IMG/VR virus record: IMGVR_UViG_3300025168_000047 | Coordinates: 1 to 64,000 of that record | Length of the DNA: 64,000 nt | Direction: 5' to 3' (one strand) | DNA from: a virus | Notes under the pieces: model-generated | Told to the model about the DNA's origin: nothing | The model's database searches: none | The model's input: only the letters and a program-made list of their open reading frames with translations | Shown here: one piece after another, positions 9,283 to 18,715 of the stretch | How the letters are laid out: each line of letters starts with the position of its first letter | How positions within the stretch are numbered: the first letter of the stretch is position 1 | Position numbers and translations under genes: made by a program

Positions 9283-10209
9283 ATGGGTGATAAGAGAAAA
9301 GCGGTCAATTTAAGTGGCTTAAGCGCTCAACAAAATAAAGCATTAAGCAAAATACCCGCTAATAAAAGGGGTGTCGCTAATGAGGGTACTTTTGGAGAGC
9401 CCCGTCCCGAAGCAGTTCCTCACTTTATTCAAACAGAGTCTGAGCATGTTATTTCTAACAAAAACAATTCTTGGATTGTTCTCGGTCGCGACCGTCCTCG
9501 TGGAGTCGCTTCCGGTTACGGCGGCAAGGGCGACACCGGCGCAGCTTGTATTGATCTTTGTGTCGGAAGAATGTCAGCAAACCCTATTACCGACGCATAT
9601 GTTGATCCAAATTTTCGAACCGATGCAGCCCGAATTTATATAAGTCAAAAAACAGATATTGATGAGAACTTTAATTTGACAGAAGGTTCTCTTGGAATGT
9701 CAGAAACAAAGTCTGCAGTCGGAATCAAAGCTGATGGTGTACGCATTGTCGCAAGAGAAGGTATTAAACTAGTTACAACCACAGATTCCTTAAACTCTCA
9801 AGGAGGCCGTGTTAAAAGTATAGGCAACATCGATTTGATCGCTGGAAACAATACAGAATTTTTAGAACCGGCAGTAAAAGGAAAACAGCTAACAAACATG
9901 CTTAGAAAAATGCTTCAACAGATATCTGATTTAACTGAAAACTTAAATGGTTTCCTAGCTTCTCAGATGGCATTTAATTCAGCAATGGGTACGCATTCGC
10001 ACCCAGTTGTTATTACCCCATTTACCCCACCGGTAGCCCTTACTTCTCCCAGCGCAGCCTTAGCTGCGACAACAGCGACAGTTACTCAAGCTTCTAGAAC
10101 TGTTCCATCTCTTTTAGTTGCAAAAGCAAACAAAGTTGGACTTGAGTTCAATTGTCTAAATGAACTGGGTGAGGATTATATTTTAAGCAGGAACGTCAAT
10201 TTAACGTAA
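9283..10209 (+). CDS. Probable baseplate central spike protein (gp5 C-terminal/gpV-like)
   Basis: Short beta-strand repeats (VGIKADGVRIVAREGIKLVT, IDLIAG), then a helical segment and an HxH-type motif (GTHSHP); lies between the OB-like genes and gp25/gp6. Confidence 0.5.
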   Translation: MGDKRKAVNLSGLSAQQNKALSKIPANKRGVANEGTFGEPRPEAVPHFIQTESEHVISNKNNSWIVLGRDRPRGVASGYGGKGDTGAACIDLCVGRMSANPITDAYVDPNFRTDAARIYISQKTDIDENFNLTEGSLGMSETKSAVGIKADGVRIVAREGIKLVTTTDSLNSQGGRVKSIGNIDLIAGNNTEFLEPAVKGKQLTNMLRKMLQQISDLTENLNGFLASQMAFNSAMGTHSHPVVITPFTPPVALTSPSAALAATTATVTQASRTVPSLLVAKANKVGLEFNCLNELGEDYILSRNVNLT

Positions 10210-10217
10210 TTTAAACA

Positions 10218-13200
10218 ATGTCTTGGATAAACGAGAAAATAAACATCCCTTATATCGATGGTGAATATTACAGCGTTACTGTTGAAGTTGGTCACAAGAA
10301 CAAGTATCCCGGTGATGGAGGTCGAGCCGCAGCTTTAAGAGCCGGCCTTCTTGCCATTGGTGAATATTATGGGAAAGACGTTTCTCGCCTCGTCGGGCCG
10401 GATCCAATGATAAACTCTTTGACCACGGGAATTATCACCCAAGAAGATCTTCATAAAAGAACCAATAAAACAGAACTCTCACGTCGAGGTGTTTTACTGG
10501 TTGGTCCAAAGATCGACCCCCGCCCCCGCCCTAGGACATCTAAGTACAAAGTTGGAGTCTTGAAGGGATTTATAGATCTTCAGTATGATATTTGGCCTGT
10601 CCTTCCATGGTTAGGTTCCGGACAAGATGGACCCTTAGACTTTAGTTTGTTCGAAGGTACATGGGATGAGTATCTTGCATCTGGCATGCCTGAAAAGGCC
10701 CGCGAGAGAATTTCAGAATTAAGGACGACTTTTGTACGCGCCCGGTCACTTCCATCTGATAATAATATTTTTGCAAGTTTTTATTCTGGGAAATACATCG
10801 ACTTTGATACACCAATTCAAGAAGGACTGTATTATCCCGGAAAAGAGTCAGACCACGCTCCTATTATGGTTACAAGACCACCACGCCCGTTTTATGATAA
10901 AGACTACGGCCCGTTATCTGCCGATATGCTTGGGGAAAGAAACACATACAATTATACCGAGCTTAATTATAAAAACTTTGATGAGTTCCACAGGCGCATC
11001 GAGACTCTTAGATTAGTTCTAATCGACTATCAGAATGAGCACGAAGCCCTGACTCAGTATCGTATGGTTTATGCGGGGACAAACATACCTTTTGATCTTA
11101 ATATCGTCGGCGAAGCTTTAGTTGCTCTCCGAGAAGAAATAAAAGATTTTATAAAATTAAACAAAGTTGACCAGACCAAACCATTTACAATCGCACTTAG
11201 ATCTGAAGTTGAATATGACAATCCAGCAAAGACATCGGCAGTTAAAGATTTAATTTCTACTAGAGGTCACATAGCTTACATAAGACTTGGCGACAAACCT
11301 TTGAGAAACGAAGGGAATCCAGAAAAGTGGAATTTTCTTTGGAAAGGGTTTAGAAGAGTCAAAAACGCAGAACAGAATTATAATAGTAACATCGCAAGTA
11401 TCTTAAGCAATTCGAATATGATATTAAACCAGCCCGGGACAGATTATAATTCTGTGTTAAGCAGGGTGTGTTCCGGAACTCCCCCAAAAGCCCCTACTTC
11501 AGGCGAAACAAAACAAAGAATGGGTGTCTTGGCCTTTGTAGAGTTATATTTTCAAGATCAACCGCAAAGAAGAAAGATAAAAATAAAATCTACAAAACAA
11601 GCTTTTGATTTATTTAAGCGCCTAGGTTATGGAGAACCAAAACCAAAGTCAGCAAGAGAAGTTCGTGCCGAAAAAGAATTAACAAAGGACGAGTTTCTCA
11701 AAAGACAGATCGCCAACAGAAATAGAGAGTTTAGCCATCAGGTCGGAGATGTAGTTTTTGCGCAACTACCAGCAAATGTCGATAAGATAAAGAGTTGGGA
11801 TGATATTTGGGGGTATGTGCTAAATCGTGTTAATTTAACAACTTTAGCAACTGAAATTTTAGAATGTGTTGGACTGGGATTGTCAATTGACGATATAGTT
11901 GATAGCCTGTGCGACGGATTTCTTAAACAGATAGGTCAGAATCCTGATCAGATTGATGAAGCTTTCAGAGTTATTGAGAGTACTACTTTCTCTCCCGGGG
12001 GCATATCGGTCGTTTCAGGTGTTCAGATTTCTATTTCTATTCGCGAAAAGATGGCAAATTACATTAATCAAGGTGTAGAAGATCCTTTTTATCAAGCAGT
12101 GATAGAAGAGACTACAATGAACGCTAGCGGAAAGAGATTAGTATGTGAAGCTATCATGACCGGAATCTTCTCACTTGGAGATATACTTTACAAAGCAGCC
12201 TCTTCAGTACCAGATTTAAGTGAAAAAGACCCCCGCCCGGTCATATCAAACTGCCCTCCAACGTTTAGAATACCTGATTCTATCCCTTCTTGGGAAACTT
12301 TTTTGGTTTATATCGCTCAACAGATTGAAGATTATTTATATACAAAAGCAGATTCACTAATATGGATACCTATTAATAGATCGCTACAAGCTATAGTCGA
12401 GGCGTGCGACAACGAAGGGGACTTTGGCAACGTAACTGTCGCAGATGTATTGGCAGAACCAAGAAGCATGGAAGAGAAGTTTAAGGGTACCGGTGTAGAT
12501 TCACGAAACTTCTTGCAAGCTGTTTTGGGCATATTAAGTACAAAAGAGCTTTGCACACTTTTCGACGGAGAACCTTCCCCAACCTTGATGATGACAATTC
12601 GTCGATTCACAGAAACTGAATTTCCAGAATTCTCAAAGATATTTTCTACGAACGATAAGTTAAAAACATTTTTCCAAAGGATTGGCGAAGATTTAGATCT
12701 TTCGGTCTGTGATAGCATCGCAGCTAACCGCCCTCTCCAAGATCTCTGCCGCGACGGAGAGACTAATCGTCAAGCGGCTTTAAGAGAATCTTTATTAGCG
12801 AAAGGTTTATCCGAAGAAGAAGTCAACGAACAACTTGAGCTTGATAAAGATATTAAGAGAGAGCAAATTGCAGATTTAACTTCTTTATTATCATTCGATA
12901 GAGATTCAAATAGAAAGATTGGCGCAGCAGCATTGGGTCTAGGCGAAATATTTGCAAGCTCTGCTATGGCATCAAAACAAACCGGCTATGCAGTCGACGC
13001 TGCCTTTCAGGGAGTTGAAAGTTTGTTTTCGTACGATGTAGCCCAGCTTGTCCCTACGATCTTACAGCAAATTCAAAAATACAGAGATCAAGGTTTAGAA
13101 GTTGATAGGTTGCCAATTGCTGATATTTTAGAGTCTGCCACATCTAACTTTATTACAGTCGGCGGCGGAGGAAAGCATTCATTCTCACTTTGGTCACCGA

Positions 13201-16200
13201 CATTGGGTTTCCAACCCGGAACACTAGATATCGACCCGTCGAGTGATACATTTAATGAATATATTGTAGGTTCGGCAGAAATATCTTATTTAGGACAGCG
13301 AGGAAATGAAGCCCAGCCCGGAGCTACAACAATTAATTATAAACTACTTCCAACACAGAAGATTGAGACCGGCAAAAAAGACAAATATACATTAGCGATA
13401 AAGGCTACCACGCCCACAACGGTGATTGATGCTGTTTATCACGATCCATATTTTGGTGAACAAACCAAAACAAGTGTGAAATATGATCATAATGAGATAT
13501 TCTTATCTGAAATCGGCCCCGAAGGTAACAATCCTGAAATATTAGAGAAATATAACCCTTTCGTCGAACAATATCAAAAAAGCACAGGTCCACAAAAGCC
13601 TTATCAAATGTTTGTATTTGAATCTTTATTTGATTTGGCACTGAAAAGCGAAATAGCGTCCGAAGGCGACACACAGGCTTCACAAGAATTCAACGAAAGC
13701 TTGCAACCTGTCCTTTCTGAGCGTCCATGGACAAACGGACGTAATTTTTCTGTTCTTGATTTTGTGTACGACAAGATATTTGAGCAGTATTTGGAGCAGA
13801 TTTCACAAATTATAGCTTCATCCGAATATTATAACTTAGAAAAACTTCAAGAAATAGATTTTGGGTCTGAGTTCGGATCTAAACTTTTAGGAATGTCCCA
13901 AGTGAAGAATAGTGTTAGCCGCACTTCGCAAGCAAACATGATGAACATAGACTTAGAGGCTTTAGAACCGGGCGAAGCTCCCGACCATCTTGGCAATGCA
14001 CTGTTCGAGGGATCAATTCAGACATTTATAAAATTATATATCGCAGAGCTTACGGTAAAATGCTTATTTGTATTTTCCAAATTTAGATCTGAAGATGTTT
14101 TTTCAGATCCAATAATGGCAGAATTTATTTATAAGCGGGTTGTGGACATATCCTTACCAGATGGAACCAGCCTTTACGATAACTATGTTAGTTTCTTAAA
14201 CAAAATGGAATCAAAACTTAGACTTCGAATGTCAGATTCGACAGACGAGGATATTAATGCAAAAATAAAAGAAGAGATATATGATGGAAATGAAACACCA
14301 AAAGATCTTCTCATCTCAGTTGTAAAAAATATCTTTAAGTCCGGCGGGAAAAATGAAGAAACAAGAGAAGCTTTAGAGAATCTCCTCGATATATCTCTTC
14401 CGAAGATTGAATCTGATATTATCGAAGAAATGAAAAATGAAGGCGAAGATACAGAAACAGCCCCAAAAGAAATCCCAGTGCCATCGGTCGAAACCATTAC
14501 AACTGAATATTCTGATATGAACTTCGACCAAGCTTGGGCAGCCAATCAAAAGAGATTCGAGTATAAAGGGGCATCTAAATTAACTCCTTTAGACACAATC
14601 CCGCCTCTTCCTAGATATCAAAAGTTTTCTCACACTTCAGAGGGTGTTTCGTATTACGATTATAAGGATATTCCAATTTATGATTACGGTCAAGAAACAG
14701 AATCTGGATGGCACCTAAGTGAAGAAGATAAAACAAACTGGAATATTATCACCGGCCCCGGTAAGAGCACGTTGTTAAGAGAACACATCCCATTCGGATT
14801 CCCCGGACAATATGCAGATCTTAGACCTATTGAAATTCCAGCCGGCGTAACCTTGCCTCCCGGTACCGCGTGGGATCCCGGAGATACACAACTCGTTGAT
14901 CTGTCATCTCCTGTTGTACAAGACGTTGCTTTTGTTGGAACGTGGGACGTGGAGATCGTAATGGACAAAGCAAAAGTTCAAGCAGATCTACAGGTTAAAG
15001 CAAATGCCACTGGTGGAGGATTCGACAACCCTTATTATTCAGCCAAAAACAACGAGGCCACACTCAGGGCCTATTTCAGCCGTTTAGTCGATGGCGAAAA
15101 AGCATGGGGTCCAGATTCAACAGGGTTACTCCCAGAGATCTGTAATATTCACAAATCAGTTACCGTCGAACAAGAGATTGTTGGAATGGGTGATACAGAA
15201 TACGCCCAAAAAGTATACGCAGATCCGTCTGAAAACGTTGGCCTTTGGACATTACAGGGATCGGGATTAGAGATTGAGAGTGCACAATTTAGTGTTGCTT
15301 CAAAAAATTGGAGAAATTTATGGGGAAGCTCAATTAAAACGCTCTTCTTGAAAGATGCCGGATATTTTCATGCTGAAAAGTATTTTGAACAAAATTCAGC
15401 TTTGTCAAAAGATATTTACAAGCCCTTTGTTGAGGATCGATTAAAATATGTAGATGTAGAAGACCCTTCAACGTGGTTGGCCAGCAACGGTCTTCCTGAA
15501 GAATATGAATTGGTTGATGGTGTCGCCATAGTTCCTGTTAGATTCGAGATCACTTCTTGGACAGGCGAAGGTGGCGCTCAAGGATCTGGTGTCCCAAATG
15601 GAAAACCAAAGTACAACATTATCTACGAAGAGCGCCCCGGTAAGATACTAAGGCGAACTCTCAAAAAAGGTCTTATACACAACGCGCTTAGCACGACAGT
15701 TCACGGCCCAGTTACAAAAGAAGCTTGGGAGCTTCAAGAGGTTTCCGATTCAAACGACGCTAGCAATTATCCTCTTATCCAGATCCGCCCACCTGTATAT
15801 TGGTATTGGGAAGGAGACTCCGGCGGCTGGTTTGAAACATCTTTTGGCGCAGAGAGAACAGTACCAAAAGTTACATATTTCAGGTTTACAGTTAATGGTT
15901 CAAACTTTCAGCCCAATACTAAAGTTGCTTTAGCTCCTGTTAACGGTGTGGGTCCACAATATCCATTCGAGGTCGAGTATCTATCTGATACGGCTTTGCA
16001 GGTCACAATGCCAATTAGCATTAACAGTGGGAATCAAAGTTATCCGGACAAAGCTGGAGATTATGAATATACACCAAATGCCGGCACAATCGCAGCTAAA
16101 GAAGATGGAAAAGACCTTGTTGATCAAAAAGGCGGCCCGACAGGTCAAATATATAAAATGAATAATATCAAAGTTTTCAATTCATTGTTAGCTTTAGTGG

Positions 16201-18296
16201 TAGAAAATCCGGGCCAAGGCTCTCGTGGTGTCGCACCAATGTATTTTCACACGTACAATAGACCAGAACGCATGTGGAATGAACTTTTTCTCTCGCCATC
16301 AGATTGGGTGAAACAAGGAGAGTCAAACTATAATCCCGACTCCCCACCAGAAGCCCCTCCTCAACAGATATCGTTTGATGAAGATCCTATTGGTGAGAAA
16401 TTCCAAGCATATGCCCTTCCTGTGTATGGTAGTTTAGACAAAGCTTGGGAAGTTGTCGATGTTGCTGATATCTGGGGAAGAGAAATTGAGCAAAAACGTA
16501 TTGTGAATAATAATACAGATGTTAACATCGCCGAGTTGCTCGAATCAGGAAATAGCCCTCCAAACTTTGGCCTCTCGAATCAATCCTCTGCTAAACGAAC
16601 TATAAATTGGTGCGAGCCAAGATTGTTTGAAACAGAAGCTCTCAGAAGCAAATATTCAACAGGTGGTTTTATATTAGAGAAATATATCAAGATAACAGAG
16701 AAAAGCAGCCATGTTTGGCCCAAAGGCCCCTCAAGAAGCGCAATCACAGACCAAGAATATTCTTCATATTCTTATCAGTTCGACAAAAACTCGAAGAGTG
16801 TCATCGGTAACTTTGTTAAGTATGACGATCAGAACTCTCTTGGAGAGGGTGCGATTGCCACATCCCCCGGTAAAGAACACACGCTTTCATATGCTGCTTT
16901 TATTCGACTTTTGATAGAACAAACTCAAGGTTCCACAAATATTTTAGAAGAGGTGCTCGGTATACAATATGATATTTTATCATATGGTTCCGGAACTTCC
17001 ATCGTCGATATTGCACAAGCTGCCCCGGAAGGAAGAATCATTGTTTCTGAAGACGAAGACGATTTAGAAACCTTAGATGAAATAAAAGGCGACACACACT
17101 TATACGCAAATCACAAAACGGTTTGGTCAAGTCTCCAAGAATTTATAGATTATGATAAACAGTTTAATCCGGAAGCCGAATATGATGTTCGACCATATAA
17201 AGAAATTAAGACCGTCTCTTCCGGACTTGGAGTGCCCAAACAGGTTGGATTCGTAGGATTCAAAGTAGTCAGGTTGACAGAAGACCTCTCTTATCTCGCA
17301 GAGTTCGCAACTGAAATAAAAGAAAACCAGAACGTACGAAATTTATTATTTGGTTCTTGGAACGACGTTATTGAAGACGTAAAATATGGATTAAGATTAT
17401 CATATGTGTTCCCAGAGGACGTATATGAAAAATATGGGAAGACTTCTTTCCCCGGAGGAGTCAAGGCAGCCCTCAATACAAGTTTAAATCCATATTCGTC
17501 GATGGACATAAACGAAACCGTAGGGCTATACTCTAATCAAATCGCTGCTTTAAATAAGCAAATTGGCGATCTCGAAAAAGATTATGTTGCATATCTAGGA
17601 GATGAAGATAATCCAATTAGCCAAGCTAAAGCCGAAGCAATTGCACCCGCTCTTGCAGAATTAAAAAAACAACGGGCTGATGTCACTTCCGCAGCACAGG
17701 GTATTATGGAAATACAAAACCCCGGAAATTTCTCAGATGAAAGTAGACCGGTAATATTATATCCCGAGAACTTTTTAACGAACCTTGTTTCCTCGAATAC
17801 TGCAAATGTTATTCAAAGCAAGTCTTTTTTAAATAAAACGCTCCAACTTAAAGAAGCAAATAGCGATGATGGCACAGCGAACATAGCTCCAGAATCTTTA
17901 TACGTGGTGCCAATGGTCACAGTTGAAATCGGACCAAATGACCCCGGCTTCCCAGAACAACTTAAACAGGGAAGCTTTACAGATTTAAGATCTGCATATC
18001 CCACAGTAAAGCCCGATGGCAAAGTACCTTATGGTAAGGGAGTATATGACGCCCTGTACAAGAAACTTAAGAAAAGCAATGATTTCAGACTTCTTTTTGA
18101 ATATGTTTTTCCATCAAAAAGACTGCTAGGGTTGAATACATTATATAATATTTTGAATTTTGATTCGTTCTTTAGCGACAAATCTGCCTTCGACGGCATA
18201 TTTAGCAATACAGAGGATCAAGCTTATAGCATCTTGAAAACAAGTAGAGACGCCCCCGGCGGAAGCTATGACTCCGAAGACGAAGAAGAAGGATAG
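10218..18296 (+). CDS. Very large virion-associated protein of unknown function (2692 aa) with an IPT/TIG-like segment
   Basis: Uninterrupted ORF in the baseplate cluster; TVNGSNF...VEYLSDTALQVTMP...VVENPG resembles an IPT/TIG Ig fold. Confidence 0.6.
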   Translation: MSWINEKINIPYIDGEYYSVTVEVGHKNKYPGDGGRAAALRAGLLAIGEYYGKDVSRLVGPDPMINSLTTGIITQEDLHKRTNKTELSRRGVLLVGPKIDPRPRPRTSKYKVGVLKGFIDLQYDIWPVLPWLGSGQDGPLDFSLFEGTWDEYLASGMPEKARERISELRTTFVRARSLPSDNNIFASFYSGKYIDFDTPIQEGLYYPGKESDHAPIMVTRPPRPFYDKDYGPLSADMLGERNTYNYTELNYKNFDEFHRRIETLRLVLIDYQNEHEALTQYRMVYAGTNIPFDLNIVGEALVALREEIKDFIKLNKVDQTKPFTIALRSEVEYDNPAKTSAVKDLISTRGHIAYIRLGDKPLRNEGNPEKWNFLWKGFRRVKNAEQNYNSNIASILSNSNMILNQPGTDYNSVLSRVCSGTPPKAPTSGETKQRMGVLAFVELYFQDQPQRRKIKIKSTKQAFDLFKRLGYGEPKPKSAREVRAEKELTKDEFLKRQIANRNREFSHQVGDVVFAQLPANVDKIKSWDDIWGYVLNRVNLTTLATEILECVGLGLSIDDIVDSLCDGFLKQIGQNPDQIDEAFRVIESTTFSPGGISVVSGVQISISIREKMANYINQGVEDPFYQAVIEETTMNASGKRLVCEAIMTGIFSLGDILYKAASSVPDLSEKDPRPVISNCPPTFRIPDSIPSWETFLVYIAQQIEDYLYTKADSLIWIPINRSLQAIVEACDNEGDFGNVTVADVLAEPRSMEEKFKGTGVDSRNFLQAVLGILSTKELCTLFDGEPSPTLMMTIRRFTETEFPEFSKIFSTNDKLKTFFQRIGEDLDLSVCDSIAANRPLQDLCRDGETNRQAALRESLLAKGLSEEEVNEQLELDKDIKREQIADLTSLLSFDRDSNRKIGAAALGLGEIFASSAMASKQTGYAVDAAFQGVESLFSYDVAQLVPTILQQIQKYRDQGLEVDRLPIADILESATSNFITVGGGGKHSFSLWSPTLGFQPGTLDIDPSSDTFNEYIVGSAEISYLGQRGNEAQPGATTINYKLLPTQKIETGKKDKYTLAIKATTPTTVIDAVYHDPYFGEQTKTSVKYDHNEIFLSEIGPEGNNPEILEKYNPFVEQYQKSTGPQKPYQMFVFESLFDLALKSEIASEGDTQASQEFNESLQPVLSERPWTNGRNFSVLDFVYDKIFEQYLEQISQIIASSEYYNLEKLQEIDFGSEFGSKLLGMSQVKNSVSRTSQANMMNIDLEALEPGEAPDHLGNALFEGSIQTFIKLYIAELTVKCLFVFSKFRSEDVFSDPIMAEFIYKRVVDISLPDGTSLYDNYVSFLNKMESKLRLRMSDSTDEDINAKIKEEIYDGNETPKDLLISVVKNIFKSGGKNEETREALENLLDISLPKIESDIIEEMKNEGEDTETAPKEIPVPSVETITTEYSDMNFDQAWAANQKRFEYKGASKLTPLDTIPPLPRYQKFSHTSEGVSYYDYKDIPIYDYGQETESGWHLSEEDKTNWNIITGPGKSTLLREHIPFGFPGQYADLRPIEIPAGVTLPPGTAWDPGDTQLVDLSSPVVQDVAFVGTWDVEIVMDKAKVQADLQVKANATGGGFDNPYYSAKNNEATLRAYFSRLVDGEKAWGPDSTGLLPEICNIHKSVTVEQEIVGMGDTEYAQKVYADPSENVGLWTLQGSGLEIESAQFSVASKNWRNLWGSSIKTLFLKDAGYFHAEKYFEQNSALSKDIYKPFVEDRLKYVDVEDPSTWLASNGLPEEYELVDGVAIVPVRFEITSWTGEGGAQGSGVPNGKPKYNIIYEERPGKILRRTLKKGLIHNALSTTVHGPVTKEAWELQEVSDSNDASNYPLIQIRPPVYWYWEGDSGGWFETSFGAERTVPKVTYFRFTVNGSNFQPNTKVALAPVNGVGPQYPFEVEYLSDTALQVTMPISINSGNQSYPDKAGDYEYTPNAGTIAAKEDGKDLVDQKGGPTGQIYKMNNIKVFNSLLALVVENPGQGSRGVAPMYFHTYNRPERMWNELFLSPSDWVKQGESNYNPDSPPEAPPQQISFDEDPIGEKFQAYALPVYGSLDKAWEVVDVADIWGREIEQKRIVNNNTDVNIAELLESGNSPPNFGLSNQSSAKRTINWCEPRLFETEALRSKYSTGGFILEKYIKITEKSSHVWPKGPSRSAITDQEYSSYSYQFDKNSKSVIGNFVKYDDQNSLGEGAIATSPGKEHTLSYAAFIRLLIEQTQGSTNILEEVLGIQYDILSYGSGTSIVDIAQAAPEGRIIVSEDEDDLETLDEIKGDTHLYANHKTVWSSLQEFIDYDKQFNPEAEYDVRPYKEIKTVSSGLGVPKQVGFVGFKVVRLTEDLSYLAEFATEIKENQNVRNLLFGSWNDVIEDVKYGLRLSYVFPEDVYEKYGKTSFPGGVKAALNTSLNPYSSMDINETVGLYSNQIAALNKQIGDLEKDYVAYLGDEDNPISQAKAEAIAPALAELKKQRADVTSAAQGIMEIQNPGNFSDESRPVILYPENFLTNLVSSNTANVIQSKSFLNKTLQLKEANSDDGTANIAPESLYVVPMVTVEIGPNDPGFPEQLKQGSFTDLRSAYPTVKPDGKVPYGKGVYDALYKKLKKSNDFRLLFEYVFPSKRLLGLNTLYNILNFDSFFSDKSAFDGIFSNTEDQAYSILKTSRDAPGGSYDSEDEEEG

Positions 18297-18301
18297 AACA
18301 G

Positions 18302-18688
18302 ATGTCAGGAATTTCACCAAAATTACCCTTAGTAGCAAATTCAGAAGATGGTCACTACGGCCTAACTAAAACTTTTTTAGAAGCAACAAAACAAAACTTC
18401 AAACACCTTCTTTTGACCATCCCGGGCGAGAAAGTATTTGATGTTAACTTTGGCGTCGGATTAAATCAGTTTCTTTTTGAGCAAGATCCATATTTTGTCA
18501 AGGGAGAAATATCAGCGAAGATCCAAGAACAACTTGATCTTTATTTGCCACATGTGTTGTTGCTCGATTTGCAATTTCAAAATCAAGAAAACTTCGACGC
18601 AATAAGCGGCAACTTGTTGAGCCTAAGGTTGATATACAAGCTTCAACCATTTAATCAACAGGATTTCCTTGATATAACTATTGAATAA
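18302..18688 (+). CDS. gp25: Baseplate wedge protein, gp25/GPW family
   Basis: QNFKHLLLTIPGEKVFDVNFGVGLNQFLFE is the gp25 signature; 128 aa. Confidence 0.9.
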   Translation: MSGISPKLPLVANSEDGHYGLTKTFLEATKQNFKHLLLTIPGEKVFDVNFGVGLNQFLFEQDPYFVKGEISAKIQEQLDLYLPHVLLLDLQFQNQENFDAISGNLLSLRLIYKLQPFNQQDFLDITIE

Positions 18689-18689
18689 T

Positions 18690-18697
18690 ACTAATTA
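18690..18697 (+). promoter_or_regulatory. Candidate late promoter (ACTAATTA)
   Basis: Intergenic, upstream of the gp6-like gene. Confidence 0.55.
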
Positions 18698-18715
18698 AGC
18701 ATAGAGGTTTAGCCG

